DNA of 64,000 nt from an archaeon CG10_big_fil_rev_8_21_14_0_10_43_11 (GCA_002763265.1 PEZQ01000003.1:19761-83760); one strand, 5' to 3'. Positions 19,955 to 29,887 are shown, counted from the stretch's first letter. Notes: generated by a model from the letters alone, not told the origin. A program made the numbers and translations.

Positions 19955-21703
19955 ATGCGCATTGCAATTGTTGACCCAGAAATCTGCACGCCTGATAAGT
20001 GTAGTTTTGAGTGTCATAACTTCTGCCCTAAAGTTCGCGCAGGTGCAAAAGAAACGGTTCAACTCAAAGACAACCTCTCGGTTATTGACGAAGAACTTTG
20101 CATTGGTTGCGGAATTTGCGCAGCAAAATGCCCTTTTGGCGCTATCAAAATCATTAACCTGCCTGAAATGAAAGAAAACCCGCTTCACCAGTATGGGCAA
20201 AATGCGTTTCGCGTCTTTAACTTCCCCCAACCAAAACGCGGAAGCGTTGTTGGACTGCTTGGACCAAATGGTATTGGAAAAACCACGATTCTTCATGTTC
20301 TAAACGGAACGATTCGGCCCAATCTTGGAAAAGAAGAAGCAACTGACCAGGACATATTTCAACGATTTAGAGGAACAGAAACGCAAAATTACTTCAAAAC
20401 ACTATTTGCTACGGGCCTTAAGGTAGCATACAAACCCCAATATGTTGATGATATTCCAAAAGTGTTCAAAGGAAACGTTCAAGAGCTGCTCAAAAATGTT
20501 GATGAGCGCGGCGCGTTTGAAGAGGTCACCAAAAGCATGGATATTACCCCTATTCTTAATTCAAATATTGCCCATATCAGCGGCGGAGAACTCCAAAAAG
20601 TGGCAATAGCAGCAACACTACTTAAGGACGCAGACTACTACTTTTTTGATGAACCAACCTCGTTTTTGGACGTGAAAGAACGACTTCGCATTGCAACCCT
20701 TATCCGTGAACGTGCTGACAAAGGTAAAGGTGTGTTTGTTGTAGAACACGACCTTGTCGTGCTCGACTACCTTGCTGACATTGTGCACATTATGTATGGA
20801 ACACCCGGCGTCTATGGTGTAGTAAGCACGCCTCTTAGCACAAAAGATGGTATCAACACCTACCTGAAAGGCTATTTGCGCACAGAAAACATTCGTTTTA
20901 GAGATTATGAAATCAAATTCATGACAAAGCCTGCAACAAAATCAGTGCAAAAACACACCCTGCTTGCATGGGATGATGGTGAAAAACACTTTGACTTGTT
21001 TTCGCTTACAATCACATCAGGCACAGCGCACGAGGAAGAAGTGATCGGCATTGTTGGCGCAAACGGAACGGGAAAAACCACCTTTGTAAACATTCTTGCA
21101 GGAGAGATAAAAGCAGACAAAGGCAATTTTGACAAAAAAGCACGCGTAAGCTACAAACCCCAGCACCTCCCTCGTGATGAACAAAATGTGTTTTCTTTTC
21201 TTTCATCACATATTAAGCTTAACAGTTCATCTTTTAAAACAATCAATCAACACCTTAACATTGAGCGGCTCTATGAGCGAACTATTTCACAACTAAGTGG
21301 CGGAGAACTCCAACAAGTCCATATTGCGCTCACCCTTTGTGCTGATGCTGACGTGTACTTGCTTGATGAGCCAAGCGCATATCTGGATGTTGAGCAGCGC
21401 ATCAACGTAGCGAAAGCAATCAAAAGCGTGTTACAACTCAATGCAAAAACTGCATTCATTGTTGACCATGACCTTTTATTTCTCCATTATCTAAGTGATA
21501 AGGCAATGGCGTTTTTAGGCGAGCCCGGGCGAAAAACAAAAACGCATGGGCCCTCACCTGTTGCTGATGCCATGAACGCGTTTCTTGCACAAGTTGGCAT
21601 TACGTTTAGACAAGAGGACACAACAAAACGGCCGCGCGCAAACAAGCTTGATAGCGTCAAAGACCGCGAACAAAAAAAATCAGGACACTACTTTATTGAC
21701 TAA
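19955..21703 (+). CDS. rli1: ABCE1/Rli1 ribosome recycling ATPase
   Basis: N-terminal Fe-S Cys motifs and two ABC domains (GPNGIGKT, GANGTGKT, SGGELQ twice). Confidence 0.97.
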   Translation: MRIAIVDPEICTPDKCSFECHNFCPKVRAGAKETVQLKDNLSVIDEELCIGCGICAAKCPFGAIKIINLPEMKENPLHQYGQNAFRVFNFPQPKRGSVVGLLGPNGIGKTTILHVLNGTIRPNLGKEEATDQDIFQRFRGTETQNYFKTLFATGLKVAYKPQYVDDIPKVFKGNVQELLKNVDERGAFEEVTKSMDITPILNSNIAHISGGELQKVAIAATLLKDADYYFFDEPTSFLDVKERLRIATLIRERADKGKGVFVVEHDLVVLDYLADIVHIMYGTPGVYGVVSTPLSTKDGINTYLKGYLRTENIRFRDYEIKFMTKPATKSVQKHTLLAWDDGEKHFDLFSLTITSGTAHEEEVIGIVGANGTGKTTFVNILAGEIKADKGNFDKKARVSYKPQHLPRDEQNVFSFLSSHIKLNSSSFKTINQHLNIERLYERTISQLSGGELQQVHIALTLCADADVYLLDEPSAYLDVEQRINVAKAIKSVLQLNAKTAFIVDHDLLFLHYLSDKAMAFLGEPGRKTKTHGPSPVADAMNAFLAQVGITFRQEDTTKRPRANKLDSVKDREQKKSGHYFID

Positions 21704-22364
21704 TATCTATCTGGGTTACATTAAGAAATTCGGCATAATCAAAACGCCCCTGCCCTAGGGCAAAATCAAGGTCCAAAAACACAATACGCCCGCCAGATTC
21801 GTCTTTTATAATGTGCGGGTCAACGTATGTATGCAACGCTGCGTTTACTGGTGCTACTAATTCTCTAAATGAAATCCCCTTTAGGTATGATGCTACAATA
21901 GTAAAACCAAGGCCTTGTGTTACCGGGTCAATAAGAGGGTACGCGCGCTTGTTTGACACATCCTCCATGACAATACCATACTGCTTGCCGCTTTTTACTA
22001 CAAATACCACACGAGGCACGAAAAATCCTTGCGCATCTATAAGTTTTTGGGCCAAACCTTTTTTGCAAAACTCTTTGAAAAGCGCGTAATACAGATAGGC
22101 TTCGCTTCCTGCAGCATCATCACGTGCATAAAATTCCTTGCGAACTTTCAAACACAAACGAAACGACTTGTTTTCAAGACGCACTTTTTTTGGAAGCGCA
22201 AACACGCTTGAATTGCGGCCTGCATGCAACACGTGCTCAGCAGCAACAGGCGTATCCTCAAAAAAGGCGTTAAGAAGAAATCGGATGTGTGCGCTTAGTG
22301 TATCATCAGCTTTCACTTGTTTTCCAATAGTGCGCGCATCATCAATAAAATCCTCTTCATCCAT
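21693..22364 (-). CDS. Hypothetical protein, possible divergent kinase-like fold
   Basis: LCLKV, VPRV, GIVMEDV and VFLDLDFA in kinase order. Confidence 0.55.
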   Translation of the reverse strand: MDEEDFIDDARTIGKQVKADDTLSAHIRFLLNAFFEDTPVAAEHVLHAGRNSSVFALPKKVRLENKSFRLCLKVRKEFYARDDAAGSEAYLYYALFKEFCKKGLAQKLIDAQGFFVPRVVFVVKSGKQYGIVMEDVSNKRAYPLIDPVTQGLGFTIVASYLKGISFRELVAPVNAALHTYVDPHIIKDESGGRIVFLDLDFALGQGRFDYAEFLNVTQIDISQ

Positions 22365-22409
22365 GTTTAGTATAGCCTTGACTGCGTTAGCTTAAAAAAG
22401 ATAGTGATG

Positions 22410-23216
22410 TTAGACAAGCATGGCAAGACGCAGCAAATCACGTACGCCTGGCGCAAGGCCCAATGTGAGGATTGCAAACTTGAGCAGATTTTTAAATCCT
22501 TCATCTTTCACATCCTTATTGATAACGTATATCACGACAAGCACGTAGAGTTTTGCTACATAAAACCACACATAACTTCCGCCAAGCCCGCCAATGAGGC
22601 GCGTGAGTGGATGCTGCTCCCAGTATCCTAAGTATGCAAACACATCAAGGGTGATAAACGTTGCTGTAGCATCAAGAAAGTGAGCGGAGAGCGCGGCAAA
22701 ATCAAGCCAGTTACGTAAGAAGCCCGTTAGTTTTCGCAAGACAAAAAGACCGCATAGGATACCTGAAAACAGCCCAAGAATGTAGAGCAGGGAAAGCGGG
22801 TTTCGAAGCTCAAAACCAAACAATGCCAGAAGCCATAGCACGCTTCCCATAATAAATAAGGATTTTTCCGGGTTTCGCGTTTTTTGCGAAATAAAAAAGC
22901 ACCCAATAATAATGGCACCAATCACAAGATAGATACTTGGTGTGACAAGAAAAAACGTGCGTGGCAAGATTTCGGCGTCGCGAAGCACGCGCACGGTTGA
23001 ACCAAATAAGATGAATGGAATAAGACTAAATGCCATTTTGCGTGTGAACGTGATATTAAAACGTTTGAGAACCTTATCACCAAGAATAAGCAAGCCAATA
23101 AGAATAATCCCATACGTAAACGTGTTCACATAATTGTATCCTAAATTTTGCTCGTAGGGACGCCAAAAATAATGGTACACAAATTGCACAATTGAATCAA
23201 AAACCATTAACACCAA
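22410..23216 (-). CDS. DUF63 family membrane protein
   Basis: GYNYVNT, RVLRD, HFLDATAT, YWEQHP, LGLAPGVRD. Confidence 0.9.
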   Translation of the reverse strand: MVLMVFDSIVQFVYHYFWRPYEQNLGYNYVNTFTYGIILIGLLILGDKVLKRFNITFTRKMAFSLIPFILFGSTVRVLRDAEILPRTFFLVTPSIYLVIGAIIIGCFFISQKTRNPEKSLFIMGSVLWLLALFGFELRNPLSLLYILGLFSGILCGLFVLRKLTGFLRNWLDFAALSAHFLDATATFITLDVFAYLGYWEQHPLTRLIGGLGGSYVWFYVAKLYVLVVIYVINKDVKDEGFKNLLKFAILTLGLAPGVRDLLRLAMLV

Positions 23217-23242
23217 AAAGTAATGCGCGTCTATTAAAAGCT

Positions 23243-23614
23243 TTAGTACATGCGATCAATTTTTGAAATAATCAAATCAAGCTTGTGGTCAACCACTTCT
23301 ATCTTTGCTTTCAACGCTTCTATGCGCGCATCAAGCAATTGAGAACCCGCATCCCCTTGTGATGGTTGCGGTGCTTGTGCAAGCGGCTCAATTCTTCGGG
23401 CTTGGCTTACGGTTGGGTTTTGTGAAATACCTGAACTCAGCATGTCTGGATTACGCGATGTTTCAGGCAATGCAGGCGGAGCTGAAAGCCCTATTGACTC
23501 TTGTTCGGGAAGTGGTGGGAGTTCATTATTTCCAAGACCAAGGTCATTGCTTGACGCGCCAAGATTGAATTCATCTTCTTTTTTTCCACGCTTTAGAAAG
23601 TCCAACAATCCCAT
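23243..23614 (-). CDS. Hypothetical protein (disordered, C-terminal coiled coil)
   Basis: Starts MGLLDFLK, Pro/Ser-rich middle, ends in heptads. Start moved to ATG 23614. Confidence 0.7.
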   Translation of the reverse strand: MGLLDFLKRGKKEDEFNLGASSNDLGLGNNELPPLPEQESIGLSAPPALPETSRNPDMLSSGISQNPTVSQARRIEPLAQAPQPSQGDAGSQLLDARIEALKAKIEVVDHKLDLIISKIDRMY

Positions 23615-23695
23615 ACTGAATGTAGTAACACTCTTCTCATAAAAACCTTTTTGCCCAAAACAATTATTAACGTACAAACGCTCATAAAACAAGTA

Positions 23696-25027
23696 ATGAG
23701 TAGTGACGCGCTTGAATCATACACCATTGAAATAGATAACATTGGCGAAGGCCTTGAATCACACTACTTTAAAATACTCTCACTCATGCGCGTGCAAGGC
23801 TATGACGTGAGCAAAACAAAAGATGTGTATGCTTCATCTGAGATGAGCAGTTTCTGGGGGGACATGGCAAGACGCCGTGGCGAACAAGAATCACGCGCCA
23901 TGCAGCTTATGGGCACGCTCAATGGCATGGTCAAAGACCTTTTTAAGCTTGTGCGAACCGTTACCATTACTGAGGAGCGTTTAAGCTTTTACGACCGCTC
24001 AAAAGAAGGAGATTCAGCAGCAGATTCAGCACTCAAAGATATTTGGGTTACGCTTGTTGAACAAGGAACAAAAAACCCGGCATCAGTATTAGGTCTTGCA
24101 AGCCAAGTGGGGTTTGCGCCATTACCTGACTATTTTTACACTACGCGCGTACAAAACGCAGATGAGGTTGACACCATTGTTGGAAAATATGATATCTCAG
24201 AAAAGCTTGCCTACACGTTAAAGCGAAAACTCTCGCAATTCGTAGCATGGCGGGAGCGTTCAGAAAAAGAATTGCGCGTACGCCTTAAAGTTACAAAAAA
24301 CATGCTTCGAACCCACATCTCACAACTGCGTCTCTACGCAGAATGGTTAAAGCCCTATCTTCGCGCTATAAGCAAACTTCGAGACATTCAAGAAGAACGC
24401 CCTGAACTCGTTTCTTCTTTTGAAACCGCGTGGGTTGAACTCTCACTTGACGGCGTGAAAAAAGATGAGAAAAAATTTGGCAAAAACATTGCAGTAATCA
24501 AAGCAAATTTCACGCAACGAACCACACCCGCAGAAGCGTTCCAACAAAACTACCAAAAAGGATTTGTGCACCGCGGACGTGTTGAAATAAAACTCAGCGC
24601 GCACGTGTATACTGAAGACGAGTGGGCTAAAGAAAAAGCAAAAGAAGACGAAGAACTTTTTGACTTTCTTATCAAACACATTAATGAATCGCTTGCTGAC
24701 ATCAAAGATGATTTGATTCACGTTATGAATGATGATTACGAAAAGTTGTATCCAAAAAAGAAAAAAGAAGAGCATAAAACACGAAAAAAGTTTGGAGAAC
24801 AAATCTTAGACTCATTTCTTAATGTGTTCCCTTTTTTTGGGTATTTGAAAAAACCAAAAAATAAGAATGGGCCCTCATTTCACCGCATATTCAAGATGCA
24901 ACAAAAATTTGACGCACAAAAACAACGAGAAAGCGCTGAAACCACCGTTGCGTCAGGATATGAGGATGGCGATTTATGGAAAGTGTATGACTTATTCAAA
25001 CAAAGCCGCGGCTTTGCACGACCATGA
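23696..25027 (+). CDS. Large helical hypothetical protein
   Basis: About 443-aa ORF. ATGA overlap with the next gene. Confidence 0.8.
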   Translation: MSSDALESYTIEIDNIGEGLESHYFKILSLMRVQGYDVSKTKDVYASSEMSSFWGDMARRRGEQESRAMQLMGTLNGMVKDLFKLVRTVTITEERLSFYDRSKEGDSAADSALKDIWVTLVEQGTKNPASVLGLASQVGFAPLPDYFYTTRVQNADEVDTIVGKYDISEKLAYTLKRKLSQFVAWRERSEKELRVRLKVTKNMLRTHISQLRLYAEWLKPYLRAISKLRDIQEERPELVSSFETAWVELSLDGVKKDEKKFGKNIAVIKANFTQRTTPAEAFQQNYQKGFVHRGRVEIKLSAHVYTEDEWAKEKAKEDEELFDFLIKHINESLADIKDDLIHVMNDDYEKLYPKKKKEEHKTRKKFGEQILDSFLNVFPFFGYLKKPKNKNGPSFHRIFKMQQKFDAQKQRESAETTVASGYEDGDLWKVYDLFKQSRGFARP

Positions 25028-25596
25028 TGCGCGAAGAAGAACTCTTAAAAAAACTCAAAAACCTGCTAGATGAGTGTAAAGAACTTCCTTTTAGCGAAAA
25101 ACTCTTGTTTCTTGCACGACGCGCAGCAAAAGAAGCAGACCCGGAATTTCGTGCGGTTATGTACTTGTACATTGATTATGTCATAAAACAAAAAAATGAG
25201 AAGAAAACAGTTGACTTTCGCCTCCCTCCCTTGCGCGTTATTCAGCAAACTGCTCACAAACTTGAACGAGATGAGCACTTACAAAACTTGCTTGAAGGAG
25301 AACAAAAACCAGTTATCAAAAAGTCAAGAGAAGCAGGCGGACTCTACACCCCTCAATTCACTGCATCAGACTCTCACTCAGGTTCGTTTTATGCGGGCCC
25401 GCCTTCCGTAAAAAAAGGACTCTACACCGAACAATACACTCCTGGCGATGGTTTGTATGAACGCCAAACCCATGAAGAATATGATTCAGCTCCGCGTGGC
25501 GTTGAGTATGATTCATCACTTGAACACATTGCTGATGAAAAACACGAATCAGCTGAGAAAAAGCGGGAAAAAAATAAAGAAAAACTCTTATATTAG
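25024..25596 (+). CDS. Hypothetical protein
   Basis: 190 aa with a charged low-complexity tail carrying repeated GLY motifs. Confidence 0.7.
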   Translation: MMREEELLKKLKNLLDECKELPFSEKLLFLARRAAKEADPEFRAVMYLYIDYVIKQKNEKKTVDFRLPPLRVIQQTAHKLERDEHLQNLLEGEQKPVIKKSREAGGLYTPQFTASDSHSGSFYAGPPSVKKGLYTEQYTPGDGLYERQTHEEYDSAPRGVEYDSSLEHIADEKHESAEKKREKNKEKLLY

Positions 25597-25626
25597 CCCC
25601 TGCATGAATACTAACAAGAATACGCT

Positions 25627-27591
25627 ATGGTTCGCTTTGATTCAAATTATCTTAATGCAATGGACGCGCGCTACTACCCATCGGAACTAGGTACTACTGT
25701 TGCGCCCATGACTGAAGCGCAGCAGGGTGTTGACGCGCAGCTTCGCACAGGCGCAAAACTGATTGAAATAAACGTAGCAGACCCGGGCCAAGCATTTGCC
25801 GCGCGCGGGAGTGGCAGACCAATTCCTTCAGCAGGCTACGGCAAAGAGCAGCGCCAGGAAATAAAAGAGCTTGCGCAAGTCAACAAAGCAGCGCTCACCG
25901 TTCACAGTGGTTCAAGCACAAGCATGTCACCGCTTGGCCAGCAGGGTGTTGACGCGTATCAGCGCGCTCGCAACATGGATGAGTTACGTGCAAACGTTGA
26001 TTTTGCCCATGACATTGGTGCAGATAGTATTACGGTTCATGTTATTGGAACGCCCCGCCCCATACAATCAATTGGTGACACGCGTCTTAAACCCGAGGGT
26101 CTTGACCGTTATGATTTTGTTGACATGAAAACCGGTAAAATGGTGCACCAAGTTTCTGGAGACCAGGAAGTGCGCTTGCCTATTCTTGATAAAGTTGACT
26201 ATACTGATTCAACAGGAAAAAAACGAACTCGCTACAATTATCGCTATGATCCTGAGACTAAAGGAATTCAATATTATACCCCTGATACAATGGGGTTTAA
26301 AGGAGGGTCTGTTACTTTTGATCAGGCGGCACGTTTTTTTGAGGAAAAAATAAAAATAGGACAATTGCCCGGTTTTCAAGGAGAGGAATCAAAAAAATAT
26401 ACCGGCGCAGATATCGCGCTTCTCCATTATTTGCGCCAAAATGAAGTGCTCCAACAATCAGAATATGACCGTTGGGCAGCGCAATCAGAAGAACGACACA
26501 AACAATTAGAACTGCTTGGTAAACCTGGACAGGATGGCGCGCTCATTGACTATATTACTGGGCGAAAAAACCCGAACAGTCTTACTGCTCAACAACTGCG
26601 TGAACTTACCCATAAGGCAGATACGCTTATGAACAAACAGTTCAGTTTTGGTTCAAGCTTTGACCCTAGACGACCTGAAACATGGAGTTCTGCAAAAGAA
26701 CGAATCAATGAACAATACTCTCTTCTTGAACATGAACAACATTCTGCAATGGAACGCGCGGCAAACGCGTGGGGGAGCTTAAAACAAACTGAAGACTACC
26801 TGCACTCTGATGATAAAAACTACCCGCTTCGTCTCCAGCCGCTCACCAAGTTTGCGCACAAACAAAACGTTGATGGCATAGCAGACCTTGCTTACCATTC
26901 ATACCAGCGCAGCAAAGACACCGGAAAAAAAGTGATGATTAATCCAGAAAACATTTTCCCAAAATTCTATGGTTCTCACCCCGATGAGCTTAGGAACGTT
27001 ATTCAAAGCTCGCGAAGAGAGTTTGAACAAAAAATCGCTCATGACGTGTCTGATAAGAAAAAACGGGAGAGCATGTCAGAAGAATTTATTGGCGCGTGTT
27101 TTGATGTTGCGCACGCAGGAATGTGGCGCCGGTATTGGGAAGAAGAAGGCAAAGGAAAAAAGAATTTTGACGACTGGCTTGCAGACCAAGCAGAAGCCCT
27201 TGCAAAAGAGGGCATTATCAAAAAAGTGCACGTAAGCGACCACTTTGGCTATGAAGATGACTCGCTTCCTCCAGGCCAGGGAATTGTACCGCTCAAAAAA
27301 GTAGTTGACCGCATCAGAAAATATGAAGGAAAAATCCCTATTATTAGTGAAGGTTTTGGCGGCCCGCGAAGCCAGTCAGCAAAACAAGTGACTGAATCAT
27401 GGCGTCTTTTCAACCCGCACGTGTACAATCAAGCAACGGTTCTTGGCGGCGAAGCAGGCGAGACTTGGGACAAGCTTCACTACTTTGACAACAACATTAG
27501 AACATACACGCCCCATTTTCTTGCAGGAGATGCGGTTCCTGAAATGCTTCAGCCTGATTTTAGAACATGGGAAGAACTGCCTTTGGAGTAA
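25627..27591 (+). CDS. Xylose isomerase/AP-endonuclease-2-like metal TIM barrel with large insertion
   Basis: LTVH, ITVH, PEN, DVAH, VHVSD, LPPGQG and ISEG metal-site motifs. Confidence 0.8.
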   Translation: MVRFDSNYLNAMDARYYPSELGTTVAPMTEAQQGVDAQLRTGAKLIEINVADPGQAFAARGSGRPIPSAGYGKEQRQEIKELAQVNKAALTVHSGSSTSMSPLGQQGVDAYQRARNMDELRANVDFAHDIGADSITVHVIGTPRPIQSIGDTRLKPEGLDRYDFVDMKTGKMVHQVSGDQEVRLPILDKVDYTDSTGKKRTRYNYRYDPETKGIQYYTPDTMGFKGGSVTFDQAARFFEEKIKIGQLPGFQGEESKKYTGADIALLHYLRQNEVLQQSEYDRWAAQSEERHKQLELLGKPGQDGALIDYITGRKNPNSLTAQQLRELTHKADTLMNKQFSFGSSFDPRRPETWSSAKERINEQYSLLEHEQHSAMERAANAWGSLKQTEDYLHSDDKNYPLRLQPLTKFAHKQNVDGIADLAYHSYQRSKDTGKKVMINPENIFPKFYGSHPDELRNVIQSSRREFEQKIAHDVSDKKKRESMSEEFIGACFDVAHAGMWRRYWEEEGKGKKNFDDWLADQAEALAKEGIIKKVHVSDHFGYEDDSLPPGQGIVPLKKVVDRIRKYEGKIPIISEGFGGPRSQSAKQVTESWRLFNPHVYNQATVLGGEAGETWDKLHYFDNNIRTYTPHFLAGDAVPEMLQPDFRTWEELPLE

Positions 27592-27624
27592 TGTTTTTAA
27601 CAACCAACTACTCATAATAAGGGT

Positions 27625-27822
27625 ATGGGGATTATTAAAAAATTCAAACGAATGGTCTTTTTTGGACTTCTTGCAACTGCTGTTGCTGAAACAGTCTTTA
27701 TCTACAAAAACAGCAAGAAAAAAGTAGAAAATAAAGTGGAACGACTCAAAGAAACCCTTGAAGGCTACGCAATGGGTGGCGCAAAAGAAGAGAGTTCAAA
27801 AAAGAAGTCAAAGAAGAAATAA
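27625..27822 (+). CDS. Small membrane-anchored basic protein
   Basis: 65 aa with one TM and a Lys-rich tail. Confidence 0.6.
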   Translation: MGIIKKFKRMVFFGLLATAVAETVFIYKNSKKKVENKVERLKETLEGYAMGGAKEESSKKKSKKK

Positions 27823-27828
27823 GCAATC

Positions 27829-28620
27829 ATGGAATTCAGACAAGAAGGGTTTGAAACGCCTAATCTCGAATATTACCATGCACAAAATTTAGCTATAGCG
27901 CGAGAATTCGCAAAAAAACTTCACCAAGAGTTTGGAGAATTTCTACAAGTTGCTGTTCTCTTTGGTTCGACAACCAAAGAAACTATGGGCGCCGAAAGTG
28001 ATGTTGACATTCTTACGGTAATTGATGATGTGCGCATGAATCTTAGTCAGGAATTGCTTGACGCGTATCAAATCATCACTGAAAAAATCATTGTCGAAGT
28101 CTCAAACCGCTTGCACGTGCACACCATCGCGCTCACTTCGTTTTGGGAATTCACGCGAAATGGTGACCCGGTCATTATCAACATTCTTCGTGATGGTGTT
28201 GCGCTCATTGACCATGGATTTTTTAACCCAATGCAGCGCATGCTTTTCCAGGGCCGTATCAGACCATCTGGGGAGAGTATTCACAATTATGCGAGTATGG
28301 CGCCAAAAGCTTTGTTTAATGCAAACCTGAAAATGCTGCAAGCCGTGATTGATTTGTACTGGGGTGCAATAGACATTACGCACGCGTACTTAATGAAGCA
28401 GGGAGAAATTCCCCTGAGTCCTGAACATGTGGTTAAGCCCATGAGCAAGTACAAAGCATTCAAAAAAGAGGACCGCGAGCTTGTTGCGTACTTGTACGAG
28501 CTTACTAAAAACATTCTCTACCGCAAAAAAAATGTGATTTCTGGAAAAGAATTTGATATGCTTAAAAAACGAACAGAAGACTACTACGAGCGAATCAAAA
28601 AAGAACTTGGCATTTACTGA
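27829..28620 (+). CDS. Minimal nucleotidyltransferase with HEPN-like helical domain
   Basis: LFGS...SDVDIL pol-beta motif followed by a helical C-terminal half. Confidence 0.85.
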   Translation: MEFRQEGFETPNLEYYHAQNLAIAREFAKKLHQEFGEFLQVAVLFGSTTKETMGAESDVDILTVIDDVRMNLSQELLDAYQIITEKIIVEVSNRLHVHTIALTSFWEFTRNGDPVIINILRDGVALIDHGFFNPMQRMLFQGRIRPSGESIHNYASMAPKALFNANLKMLQAVIDLYWGAIDITHAYLMKQGEIPLSPEHVVKPMSKYKAFKKEDRELVAYLYELTKNILYRKKNVISGKEFDMLKKRTEDYYERIKKELGIY

Positions 28621-29573
28621 GCGTTTTCTTCAGTCCAATTATGCTCCTCTTCATTATAACGTCTTTGAACAAGAGGTTGTGTTTCAACGTGTTCTACGTC
28701 ATTGTGAGGAATCTGCGTTAGTTGAACATTATGTATTGGCTCGTTTTCAACCATGTTATCCTGTGCCACGTTTGTGTCTAGTATTGTATCTGCGTCCTGC
28801 AGGTATTGCGGAAACGCAGTCTCTTCTTGCACCGCTTCCGCTGAAGTCTCAGCTGAATTGTCTAGCATCTCTTCAAGATTAGATTCGTCTGATTCAGGTG
28901 TAACTCGTTGCTCTTGAGCCGGCTCATCTCTGCGTTGATATGGAATGTTGAGAATTTCTTCTTCATTCATATCTTCTGCAAGGAAGCGCTCGTAATCGTT
29001 AACGCCCGCGTTCTTTTTTCCAGTCATCATACGATAAAGTGAGAGAAGTAAATCAATACGAGCTGCAACAAGTTCTGCGTTTTCCATGTTTGCTTCAAGA
29101 CCTTCAGTAACCGAGTAATCCGGAAGAATTTTGAGTTTTGAAAAACTATCCCACCCCTTAACCATAAGTTCATACGCTGAAGTGTTCACTAACTCTTTTG
29201 CTTCGGTCTCTGTTTTTCCAAACACTTTTTGGAAAACTTTCCGGTACGCATTTGCACCTTCTTTAATGATACTTGTATCAAGGGTATTTTGATGTTCTTG
29301 TGATAAGTTGAGACGCCAAATAAGATAGTCTTTCCAGGCATCTTTGCGTTCCCCTTCAAGATACGCATTTGCATAGACGGGCATAGAAACAGCACCAATA
29401 ATATCAAAATTATCTACACCCGCAATAGTAAGCGCACCATAGGGCATCTCATGTTCAGTTGCTACAGGATTGATAAGATTAGGCCGAACGTTTCGCGCTC
29501 GTTGCGGTCTGCGAGCGTCTTCTTGAGCAGCAAGACGTTGCTCAAGGTCTGATTGGGATAGATTCATTGCCAT
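28614..29573 (-). CDS. Hypothetical protein with acidic disordered tail
   Basis: 319-aa ORF with its own TATA-like element near 29605-29615. Confidence 0.75.
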   Translation of the reverse strand: MAMNLSQSDLEQRLAAQEDARRPQRARNVRPNLINPVATEHEMPYGALTIAGVDNFDIIGAVSMPVYANAYLEGERKDAWKDYLIWRLNLSQEHQNTLDTSIIKEGANAYRKVFQKVFGKTETEAKELVNTSAYELMVKGWDSFSKLKILPDYSVTEGLEANMENAELVAARIDLLLSLYRMMTGKKNAGVNDYERFLAEDMNEEEILNIPYQRRDEPAQEQRVTPESDESNLEEMLDNSAETSAEAVQEETAFPQYLQDADTILDTNVAQDNMVENEPIHNVQLTQIPHNDVEHVETQPLVQRRYNEEEHNWTEENAQ

Positions 29574-29644
29574 ATTATGTTTCCCGCGCTAAGTATGTGA
29601 TAACTGCTTTTTAAGTATTGCGGTAGTGCCTTTAAAGCGTGCGC

Positions 29645-29740
29645 AAGAACATAAAGGGGACGGTCGCCGAAGCGACCGTTTGGGGAGGGAATGTAGAAAT
29701 GACGCAATCCCAACAAATGTTAAGATTTTGTCACTTATGA
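29645..29740 (-). ncRNA. Candidate small structured RNA
   Basis: Perfect 8-bp hairpin ACGGTCGC-TTCG-GCGACCGT, upstream TTTAAATA, downstream T-rich tract, no ORF. Confidence 0.45.
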
Positions 29741-29887
29741 GTGGTCAAAACTGTCTCAGAATATTTAAATGTTACGTTTTTTGAGACCTATTGAGACATA
29801 TTGGTGGTTTTTGCGCGCCTGCATACCAATAGAAACTTTTAAAAGAAAACCTGCGTACTTACTTGCTATACAATAAGGTAATTTCTT

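Noticed and set aside
29646..29690. G-strings resembling origin recognition boxes
   Set aside because: The TCCA..GAAAC core is missing and there is no adjacent orc1/cdc6.
29690..29701. Minus-strand ATTTCTAC resembling a Cas12a repeat core
   Set aside because: Single copy, no spacer array and no cas genes in the window.
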